DNA of 64,000 bases from Nitrososphaeria archaeon. Its GTDB lineage: Archaea > Thermoproteota > Nitrososphaeria > Nitrososphaerales > JAAOZN01. Of the stretch, positions 28,947 to 36,492 are shown piece after piece (position 1 is the stretch's first letter; the number at the start of each line of letters is the position of its first letter). The notes beneath the pieces are model-generated. The model was not told the origin of the DNA, did not search any database, and saw nothing but the letters and a program-made list of their open reading frames with translations. The position numbers and the translations under genes were made by a program. Location of the stretch: the NCBI GenBank assembly GCA_029775855.1, contig JARVJZ010000001.1, positions 96,001-160,000 of the forward strand, given 5' to 3'.

Positions 28947-29106
28947 GCGGGGGTTAGTCCAAACACCCCCAACCCGAGCCAGGTCAAAGCCTTGAGTTAG
29001 GCGACAAAAGGGGGCAGAGCAAAAGCGCCTAAACTCAAGATCTGCTCGGTCAGCCGTTCGTGGGTTCAAAACCCTCTAGTAGAGGGTGAAACTCCCACCC
29101 CCCGCA
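28947..29106 (+). tRNA. tRNA-Leu(CAA) with four BHB introns (28956-28972, 28988-29008, 29018-29032, 29071-29092)
   Basis: Spliced 85 nt: GCGGGGG TT CCCG AGCCAGGTCAA AGGG G GCAGA CTCAAGA TCTGC TCGGTCAGCCGTTC GTGGG TTCAAAT CCCAC CCCCCGC A; full cloverleaf with long variable arm and A73; each insert has a BHB-type junction. Confidence 0.9.
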
Positions 29107-29119
29107 CTAGTATTCTTAG

Positions 29120-30433
29120 CTAGGTTTGTTGATAGGGTTCTATTTTTAATATGGGTCCATCTTTTTGAATTACTTTTACTTTTTGCCCCTTGGTTATGTC
29201 TTGGTCTGAGGTTGCTTGCCAATATTCTGCTCCGCATCTCACTAAGCCAATCTTTCCCTTAGGTATATCTTCAACCGCAACACATACGCCGCCTACGATG
29301 TCTCCTATTGCTGGCGGTCTCTTTCTGGCTTGAATCACCTTATAGGCTGCAAATATGAAGAAGGCGCCGATAATCAACGGAGCCAATAGTGTGATTAGAA
29401 GTAGTTGATTTAGTAAGTCAGTTGAAACAAGCCACGGGCCGGTGGGCAGCGTTGGGAAGAGTAGTATCCCGCCGATTATTATGCAAGCAAAGCCGGCGCC
29501 GCCAAGCAACCCGAAGCCTGGTGTGAATAACTCAGCGAGAAGCAAAACCGCACCCAAAGCTATCAGCAGTATCCCACCTATGAATATTCCCGTTAAGCCA
29601 AGACCTATTAAGCCAAGTATAAGGCAGATACCTCCTATTACCTCGCTGCCGTAGCCTGGTGATGTTAACCCAAAGATTAGTGCGTAGAGTCCTGCAATAA
29701 AGAGTATATAGGATATTATTGGATCTGATAGAACCTTCAGGATCTGTAGTCTTAGACTTGGTTCCCACCACACAATCTTTAGCCCTTCTGTTTTGATTAC
29801 GTATTCTCCTTCAAGAAGTTCTACTTTGACCCCATCTATCATCTTAAGCAGTTCTTCAACGGAGTCAGCTACATACTCTATTACCCCCATCTTTTTCGCT
29901 TCTTCTGCTGAAAGGTTTAGGTTTTCTTTTATGAAGCGTGCCGCTGTAGTCTCATTTCTTCCGTGCATCCTTGCCTTTTCAACCAAAAATGTGGTTAAGG
30001 CGTTGATAGTTTTCGTGTCATTTATAGGTTGTGTGCCGCCTAAGGGGTTATAGGCTACTGGCTGGGCTGAACCTAGGATTGTGTGAGGCGCCATAGATGC
30101 TATATGTGTGGAGAGGAGGATGTATGTGCCTGCTGACCAAGCTCTAGCGCCCTTTGGGTAAACGTAGCCTATTACTGGCACGGTTGAGCGCTCTATTCTA
30201 TCTATTATCTTTATTGTAGCATCTAGATTCCCGCCTGGTGTATCAATTAATATTATAAGAGGAGTGTTAAGTGCTTCCGCTTCTCTTAGTGCTTCATCTA
30301 TTACCTCACTTGACATCGCGGTTATGGTTCCATCTACCTTTACTGCTATTATGTGGTCTGCTTTTGCTGAATATGCTGCGCCTAAAAGCGTTAATAGAAG
30401 AATAAATATTAGGGGTATCGCTTTCTTCAGCAC
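29120..30433 (-). CDS. nfeD: NfeD membrane-bound serine protease (ClpP-class N-domain, TM region, OB fold)
   Basis: IDTPGG, AWSAGTYI, MAPHTILGSAQPV; C-terminal GAEYWQA; paired with the SPFH gene. Confidence 0.93.
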   Translation of the reverse strand: MLKKAIPLIFILLLTLLGAAYSAKADHIIAVKVDGTITAMSSEVIDEALREAEALNTPLIILIDTPGGNLDATIKIIDRIERSTVPVIGYVYPKGARAWSAGTYILLSTHIASMAPHTILGSAQPVAYNPLGGTQPINDTKTINALTTFLVEKARMHGRNETTAARFIKENLNLSAEEAKKMGVIEYVADSVEELLKMIDGVKVELLEGEYVIKTEGLKIVWWEPSLRLQILKVLSDPIISYILFIAGLYALIFGLTSPGYGSEVIGGICLILGLIGLGLTGIFIGGILLIALGAVLLLAELFTPGFGLLGGAGFACIIIGGILLFPTLPTGPWLVSTDLLNQLLLITLLAPLIIGAFFIFAAYKVIQARKRPPAIGDIVGGVCVAVEDIPKGKIGLVRCGAEYWQATSDQDITKGQKVKVIQKDGPILKIEPYQQT

Positions 30434-30447
30434 ACTTAGGTTCCTCT

Positions 30448-31230
30448 TTACTCGCTCTTTGCCTTCTCTCCTTTTAGCAGCCCGATAAGAGTTCCTAAGT
30501 CTGTTTGGGCTCCTGTTGTTGTGACTACGATAAGGTTTTTCTCTCGTGCTATCTCAGCTAATGTTTGAAGCTCTCTTAGCCTCATAGCCATAGTTGTCTT
30601 CTCATACATCGCTGCTGCTTCAGCCATCTTGGCTGCTGCTTGGTATTCACCGTCAGCCACTATGATTCTTGATCTTCGTTCACGCTCAGCTTCGGCTTGC
30701 TTTGCTATAGCTCTTTGCATAACTTCCGGTAATGTGACATCCTTTATCGCTACAGCTTGAACCTTTATCCCCCAGGCATCTGTTGCTGCGTCAAGTATCT
30801 CAGTCAACCTTTTGCTGAGTTCTTCCCTCTTAGAGAGCAGCTCATCCAACTCAACTTGCCCGAGCACGTCTCTTAAGGTGGTTTGCGCCAAAAGGTTGGT
30901 TGCAAGAATATAGTTCTCCACAGAGACTACTGCTTTCTGAGGGTCGAAGACACGGTAGTAGACTACTGCGTCAACATCAACGCTTACATTATCGCGGGTT
31001 ATCACCCTCTGTTTTGCGACGTCAAAGGTTATCACCCTTAGATCAACCACTCTAAACACGTCTATTATAGGTATTCTGAAGAAGAGCCCCGGTCCTTTGG
31101 CTCCTATGAGCCTACCTAATCTGAACATTACTGCCCTTTCATATTCTTTTACGATTCTTATCGAAGCTCTCAGAAAGGATAAGACGATGATTACCACTAA
31201 TATTCCAGCGAATATTTCGACCTCCGCCAT
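30448..31230 (-). CDS. SPFH/stomatin-like (slipin) protein
   Basis: EYERAVMFRLG, ITRDNVSVDVDAVVYYR, QAEAERERR. Confidence 0.95.
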   Translation of the reverse strand: MAEVEIFAGILVVIIVLSFLRASIRIVKEYERAVMFRLGRLIGAKGPGLFFRIPIIDVFRVVDLRVITFDVAKQRVITRDNVSVDVDAVVYYRVFDPQKAVVSVENYILATNLLAQTTLRDVLGQVELDELLSKREELSKRLTEILDAATDAWGIKVQAVAIKDVTLPEVMQRAIAKQAEAERERRSRIIVADGEYQAAAKMAEAAAMYEKTTMAMRLRELQTLAEIAREKNLIVVTTTGAQTDLGTLIGLLKGEKAKSE

Positions 31231-31570
31231 CTAAAACACTGCCAGTTACTTATTTTAGGCTGTAGATAAAAGTTACTAAAGTCTTTCTCACTTAGGCTCC
31301 ACATAGCAATATTATATGCTACAAGATTGCTGGTCTGCTGTGTGGTAAAGAGTTTCAGAGAGAGTGTTATGACTGTAGTAGAATTATCTATCTTGATTGT
31401 ACTAAAACTAGCTTGTCCCCGCGGGGTTTTGACGACTGCTATGAAGTCTTCCAAGCCATCGATACATAATGACGAATGGTAACCACAAGATACTAAGGGG
31501 AGCAGATAAGATTTGGAGAACTAAACCCTACCAATTCCAATTAAGAATTACAAGCTTAGCTCACAGTGTG

Positions 31571-31642
31571 AGGAGGGGGTGGGATTTGAACCCACGTGTA
31601 TCCGCTCTGCAGGCGGACGCGTAGCCGCTCCGCCACCCCTCC
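31571..31642 (-). tRNA. tRNA-Cys(GCA), intronless
   Basis: GGAGGGG/CCCCTCC acceptor, TCCGC-CTGCAGA-GCGGA anticodon arm, GTGGG-TTCAAAT-CCCAC, U73 discriminator. Confidence 0.95.
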
Positions 31643-31703
31643 ATACATCCTATCTTTGAGTTTAAGAGGTATATAAAGGGCTTAAGGGTGTATGCCTCAG
31701 CTT

Positions 31704-32075
31704 TTAGCTTTGTTTAGCTGCTTGTCTTTTATGTTGTGTGTATACTTCGATTGCTTTCTCTACTGCTGCGAGTGGTGCGAGTCGCTCTATGCTTAGTAGG
31801 ATTATTTTGTTGAGCCAGTAGAATACGAGTATACATAGCTTCTCTCTTACTGCTAATATGCATTCGACTGAGCCCATCTTTTCGTTCCAGCTTTCTCTTT
31901 CTTTCTTTCTTGCTGCTGCTTGCTTAGCGTATCTTTGGAGGTCTTCTTTTGTGAGGATTATGTCTACGTTGGGTTTGCAGGCGAACTTTAGCACTTCTCC
32001 TTCTTCGCTTATGAGCATCGCGCACCTAACCTTTCTATGGCAGTTGAGCATCTTGTCGATGATATCTTCTGTCAT
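31704..32075 (-). CDS. Roadblock/profilin-like small protein
   Basis: VRCAMLISEEGEVL...MGSVECILAVREKL...ILLSIE pattern; downstream of the KaiC-like gene. Confidence 0.7.
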   Translation of the reverse strand: MTEDIIDKMLNCHRKVRCAMLISEEGEVLKFACKPNVDIILTKEDLQRYAKQAAARKKERESWNEKMGSVECILAVREKLCILVFYWLNKIILLSIERLAPLAAVEKAIEVYTQHKRQAAKQS

Positions 32076-32124
32076 CCTACACCACTACCTCAAAAGTAGA
32101 TGATAAGCTTAGTGGTGTAGATGA
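32072..32124 (-). promoter_or_regulatory. Inverted repeat/hairpin covering the RBS and start codon of the roadblock-like gene
   Basis: CTACACCACTA (32077-32087) / TAGTGGTGTAG (32110-32120), extendable by TCAT/ATGA. Confidence 0.5.
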
Positions 32125-32153
32125 TTGTGGCTGCTGAAGTGCTGTAAGGGCTA

Positions 32154-33566
32154 TTATACTACTGGAATTAGTCTATATCTCCTTATGTGTCCTTCCAGCT
32201 TCGTCTGTATATTAAATAGTTGAGTATTAGGCTTTACCCCGTATAGAAAATGAGCACCATCTATTTGGCATATCCGTAAGTGTATCGTGGCTAAGGCCCT
32301 TAGTTCATCAATAATCTTCATCGACGGTCTCGCTATGTTTATACGCAGCACCCCAAAGTTCTTGGTTCGCGCAACACTCTCTCCTAGAGTTCTTAAGGCT
32401 TCTTTTTCACTGTAAACATATTCGACAGTGTCAAAGCCTACAATCGACAAAGCTGGTCTTCTTGTCAACTTCATCAATTGTAGTGTCGCTGTCCAGAACC
32501 TGGTAGTGTCTTCTATAATGGATCGTCCACTTAACGGTAAAACATAAGGTGATGCAGATGTCTCCTCGGTTTCGAATCTGTAATCTACAATTTTTAGGTT
32601 CTCTAAAGGTGGTGTCACATCTTTTAAGACTTCTATCATCTTGTTTGCGCTAATTCCTTGTGGTGGTAGGATGATAACTGGGTAGCCTTGACTTAGAAAA
32701 TTTGATATTATAGGAACTAACAGCAGCTCTAATGGTATCCCTACGTCTTCATCAACCTCTAGCAAGTCGTAGCTTCCTGGAATGAATCCGTCTGTCAAAA
32801 TATTATCCAAGTCGCGAATTCCAGTCGAATAACGATTTGGTTGATGTGGAATCACCTCACATACGCCTGTTAGCTTCGTTTCTGGTAAGGTTGGCGGGAA
32901 GACATGGAATCCGTTTTCGAGCGTGTATACAAATCTTGGATTGCTTAATCTGGTTCCTCTAAGCTTAAGAATCTCCAACTCTCTTATTAAACGCCCTACA
33001 TGCATCTTTCTTCTAAGAATAATTACGCCATCGGCTACAAACTCACCACTACCTAATATTACCTTCTTCACTCCCGGAGGAATCTCACCTGTAATTAAGG
33101 TTGTGCATCCTTCTTTTCTCACAATCTTGTCTAGTATGTTGTGTAGCAGAGAGCGGGCTTCAATCGGCTTCTCAACCGCTTGCGCAAATGTTGAAAAGGA
33201 ATCTATAACAACACGCTTAGCCTCCATTGTGCGTATACGCTCTAAAAGAGCTTTAAGAGATTCAGATATCATCGCTTCTTGGCCAGTCAGCATCTCCATA
33301 AAGCAGAACTTATCCTCACTTTCAAGCTTCCTAAAGTTGTAAAACCTCTCCATATTATCAAAGAAAGTTTGACGGTCTTCACTAAAGCTCACATAAATAC
33401 CTTTCTCGTCATAATTGACTGCACCATCATAAATAAATTGAGCAGAGAAAATACTCTTCCCTGTGCCAGGTTCGCCGCATATAAGAATTAAGCTTCCTCT
33501 AGGAAAGCCCCCTTCAACAAAGGGATCCAATTCTTTAACGCTTGTTGAAACCCTAGTAACCGGCAT
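32154..33566 (-). CDS. KaiC/RAD55-like ATPase with an active N-terminal and degenerate C-terminal RecA domain (GvpD-like)
   Basis: GEPGTGKS, VVIDS, EILKLRG; second domain STGIRDLD lacks a Walker A lysine. Confidence 0.88.
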   Translation of the reverse strand: MPVTRVSTSVKELDPFVEGGFPRGSLILICGEPGTGKSIFSAQFIYDGAVNYDEKGIYVSFSEDRQTFFDNMERFYNFRKLESEDKFCFMEMLTGQEAMISESLKALLERIRTMEAKRVVIDSFSTFAQAVEKPIEARSLLHNILDKIVRKEGCTTLITGEIPPGVKKVILGSGEFVADGVIILRRKMHVGRLIRELEILKLRGTRLSNPRFVYTLENGFHVFPPTLPETKLTGVCEVIPHQPNRYSTGIRDLDNILTDGFIPGSYDLLEVDEDVGIPLELLLVPIISNFLSQGYPVIILPPQGISANKMIEVLKDVTPPLENLKIVDYRFETEETSASPYVLPLSGRSIIEDTTRFWTATLQLMKLTRRPALSIVGFDTVEYVYSEKEALRTLGESVARTKNFGVLRINIARPSMKIIDELRALATIHLRICQIDGAHFLYGVKPNTQLFNIQTKLEGHIRRYRLIPVV

Positions 33567-33572
33567 CTTCCT

Positions 33573-33953
33573 TCACCTCTTAGGCAAGTAAGAAATATTC
33601 CTCAGTAATTCATGCCACTCTCCCAAACTACTCTTTTGGCTATCTGTCAAAAACTTCAAAAGCTCCTCCTTCGATAGATGGAAAGCGTATCTTCTGCGGA
33701 GCTCACCAACCAAAAAATCAATGAACAAATCTGCTGCATCACCAAAAAGTTCCCTTAGCGTCCTGTAGAAAGCGGTAGGCTCTTCCCACAACGTATCAAA
33801 AGGATCACGACCCAGTCTCAACCGCATATGAAATAAGATTACCTCTTTAACAGTCTCGCCTAACCCTTTACTTATAACCTCTCCTAAGACATCCTTCAAA
33901 TCCTCAATCACCCATTTATTTCTCCCCTTATCTTCCTCTCTCATCCACTCCAT
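33573..33953 (-). CDS. Small helical protein of the type associated with archaeal KaiC-like ATPases
   Basis: LGETVKEVILFHM...EPTAFYRTLRELFGDAA; first gene of the KaiC operon. Confidence 0.7.
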   Translation of the reverse strand: MEWMREEDKGRNKWVIEDLKDVLGEVISKGLGETVKEVILFHMRLRLGRDPFDTLWEEPTAFYRTLRELFGDAADLFIDFLVGELRRRYAFHLSKEELLKFLTDSQKSSLGEWHELLRNISYLPKR

Positions 33954-34037
33954 CTTGGAAATTATATAAAATGCTATATTAAAAGGTTTTCTAAATGATA
34001 AAATGTGCCATTTACTTCAATTAATATGCCAAATATT

Positions 34038-34062
34038 TAAACAAAAACAAAAAAACAAAAAA
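34038..34062 (-). terminator. Oligo-U terminator of tRNA-Arg
   Basis: A-rich tract on + strand (T5GT8GT5 on - strand) just after the tRNA 3' end. Confidence 0.6.
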
Positions 34063-34070
34063 TCATTAAG

Positions 34071-34145
34071 CGGGACCGAGGGGATTTGAACCCCTGACCC
34101 CCAGCTCCGCAGGCTGGTGTCCTATCCATACTAGACGACGGCCCC
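34071..34145 (-). tRNA. tRNA-Arg(GCG), intronless
   Basis: GGGGCCG/CGGTCCC acceptor, CCAGC-CTGCGGA-GCTGG, AGGGG-TTCAAAT-CCCCT, G73. Confidence 0.95.
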
Positions 34146-34179
34146 ATTATCCAGATACTAATCGCGCATTATAATTTGT

Positions 34180-35772
34180 TTACGCTCCCTTCACTACTTC
34201 CTCGATGAGTTCAGCAGCTTTATCTCGCCCAATATCAACGATATATGGTCCAAGCCTCGGTCCTCGGTCTGAAGATATGAGAATCTGGTATAGTGTTTTA
34301 AAGAGCTCTTGGGGCTTAAGTCCATTGCGTTTTGCTGCCTCAAATATACTGTTTTGAATCTGTTGAGCATCGCTTAGAGCCCTTATAGATTGCGCAACTT
34401 CAGCTAAAGCCTTTTTCTGCTCCTCACTTAAAGCAAGTTTAACAGACTCATGCCTCGTAAAGTCCTCAGCCCAGTTCGCGGCTAACAAGATCTTTTTCTT
34501 CAACTCTTCATCTACTTCTTTTACGAATCCATAGGCTGCTAGCTTCTTTGAAACAAACTCTACCATTGACTCCTTGGGTGCTACTGATGCTAACTGTGTT
34601 AGAAGTCTATACGGTATATGTGTTGATGGCTTCGCCGGGGGCTTTAGAAGATTCACATATTCATAGAGCCCACGCATCTTCCTCAGCTCCGCTGGGTTTT
34701 CAATCTTCTTTACTCCAAAATACACATCTTCCAGCATGTCGTATTCATCCATATAGTTAGGAACATCCTCAACTGAGAGACTTCTTGTTCCTACAACTCT
34801 CTTAAACATCAGCAGGAGAAGCGATTGTGGTGAACCGTATCTGAGCCAAGTCTGAGGTGTAAAAACGTTTCCAACAGATTTAGATATCTTTCTACCCGAC
34901 TTATCCAAGAATAGCTCATACCTAATATGATAAGGATGCGGATGATTTAGAATATTATCCGATATCCAATCATTAACTTTAACTGAATCAGCTATATCTT
35001 TACCATAAGCTTCAAACCTTATGTCAAACGCAGCCCATCTTGCCGCCATCTCGCCTTTCCAACTCAGCTTACCCTTACCCTCTAACACATTCAACTCCCC
35101 TTCATGCCCACATCCCTTAACCCATCTCCCACCTATTTCAGCACCTTCACATCTGTACGCTATAGTGTGTTTCTCCTCATTGTATGAGTATGCCACAGCC
35201 ACGTAAAGCCTACCGCAACGTTCACAAAGAGGGTAGTAGGGTAGTATTTGCTCAAACTTCTTCTGCCCTATAACCTCAGCTATATATTGCCCTATCTTCT
35301 GCGCATTATTCAGTATAGTCTGAATCTGACCGTTTAGAAGCCCCTTCTGATATGCTTCAGCCCCACTCTGGAATGTATACTCTATACTCAAACGATCTAA
35401 AGCGTCAAGCAACATAGCGCTCATATGAACACCATAAGAGCGGTGGCAGCCAAAAGGATCTTGTATCAAAGTTACAGGTTTTCCGATATCATCTTCTAAC
35501 CACTTTGGTAACCCAGCCGGAACCTTACGCAGACCATCAAAGTCATCTGAATAAGCTATCAACTCAGACCTAAAGCCCATATCTTCTAACGCCAGCTTGA
35601 CACCATACGCTCTAACCGCATCACTTAAGCTTCCAACATGTGGTATTCCTGAAGCTCCAAGACCACTTTCAACTCTTAAATACGTTAGAGACCTACCTAT
35701 CTGCTTCTCTCTTTCAATAACCTTAGATGCCACTTTATCAAGCCATGTGCCGCGTCCTATTTTTATGCTCAA
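34180..35772 (-). CDS. lysS: Class I lysyl-tRNA synthetase
   Basis: SGIPHVG, DGLRKVP, GKLSWK, KISKSVGN, GPRLG. Confidence 0.96.
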   Translation of the reverse strand: MSIKIGRGTWLDKVASKVIEREKQIGRSLTYLRVESGLGASGIPHVGSLSDAVRAYGVKLALEDMGFRSELIAYSDDFDGLRKVPAGLPKWLEDDIGKPVTLIQDPFGCHRSYGVHMSAMLLDALDRLSIEYTFQSGAEAYQKGLLNGQIQTILNNAQKIGQYIAEVIGQKKFEQILPYYPLCERCGRLYVAVAYSYNEEKHTIAYRCEGAEIGGRWVKGCGHEGELNVLEGKGKLSWKGEMAARWAAFDIRFEAYGKDIADSVKVNDWISDNILNHPHPYHIRYELFLDKSGRKISKSVGNVFTPQTWLRYGSPQSLLLLMFKRVVGTRSLSVEDVPNYMDEYDMLEDVYFGVKKIENPAELRKMRGLYEYVNLLKPPAKPSTHIPYRLLTQLASVAPKESMVEFVSKKLAAYGFVKEVDEELKKKILLAANWAEDFTRHESVKLALSEEQKKALAEVAQSIRALSDAQQIQNSIFEAAKRNGLKPQELFKTLYQILISSDRGPRLGPYIVDIGRDKAAELIEEVVKGA

Positions 35773-35997
35773 CCCTCTTACCCCTACTCTGCTGCTGAAT
35801 ATAAGGCTCAGCCCTCACTACCTACATAATATAACAGAACTCGACGAATCGTTCTGCTTTTCTTCAGTCTTCTGAGTCTGTTCTTCAAAAATTGTGGTAG
35901 TAGCAACCCCTCTGATACCATCTTGAACGATTAAAAATATATTTTTTCTATAGGATTATTGCACCATTCTTTTATATATTAGAATCATCTTTTTTAC

Positions 35998-36492
35998 ATG
36001 ATAAATATGGCTGAAGCATCTCAGATCTTAGCATCAGATGAAACGATTAAGGTTATGGAGATACTTAAGCGATATAGTAGCGATAAGGATAATCTTATAC
36101 CTATTCTTCAAGAGATCCAAAAGAATGTGGGATACTTATCTCCAGATTTTGTAAGATTGGTATCAAAGCATCTAAAGATATCAGCTAGCAGCGTCTATGG
36201 TGTCGCAACATTCTACACGATGTTTAAATTCGCTAAACCAGCAAAACACAATATTAAAGTATGCTTAGGAACATCTTGTCACGTCAAAGGTGGAGACCGT
36301 ATTCTTGAAACATTCGAGAGGCTGCTTGAAGTAAGATGCGGGGAAAGCAGTCGAGATTTGATGTTTAGTTTAGAGCGTGTGGCTTGTTTAGGTTCATGCG
36401 CACTTGCACCAGTAGTGGTTATAGATGATACTATTTACGGTAATATGCATGTAGATCGGATTAAACCAATTCTCTCTAAAATTAGAGGGTGA
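35998..36492 (+). CDS. NuoE/HydC-like [2Fe-2S] subunit
   Basis: VYGVATFY, VCLGTSCHVKG, VACLGSCALAP. Confidence 0.93.
   Translation: MINMAEASQILASDETIKVMEILKRYSSDKDNLIPILQEIQKNVGYLSPDFVRLVSKHLKISASSVYGVATFYTMFKFAKPAKHNIKVCLGTSCHVKGGDRILETFERLLEVRCGESSRDLMFSLERVACLGSCALAPVVVIDDTIYGNMHVDRIKPILSKIRG

Noticed and set aside
28937-28953. A fifth, 10-nt intron within the acceptor stem, between the duplicated GCGGGGG copies
   Set aside because: The registers I tested give no 4-bp central helix, so no BHB.
28892-29014. Several G5 tracts near tRNA-Leu as a possible G-quadruplex
   Set aside because: Only three tracts are closely spaced, and the tRNA-associated ones are explained by acceptor/BHB pairing; there is no independent support.
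31197-31454. 85-aa minus-strand ORF
   Set aside because: Overlaps the SPFH start and promoter, and has no recognisable motif.
32098-32140. C/D box sRNA (ATGATAA...TGATT...CTGA)
   Set aside because: Boxes are degenerate and the guide spacing is too short; the inverted repeat explains the region better.
31571-34145. Integrated element between tRNA-Cys and tRNA-Arg
   Set aside because: No integrase, att-like duplication of a tRNA end, or viral/plasmid genes seen.
35808-35925. 37-aa minus-strand ORF (MVSEG...) loosely similar to the aIF1 uORF start
   Set aside because: The match is short and gapped, likely chance; it overlaps the presumed lysS promoter region.
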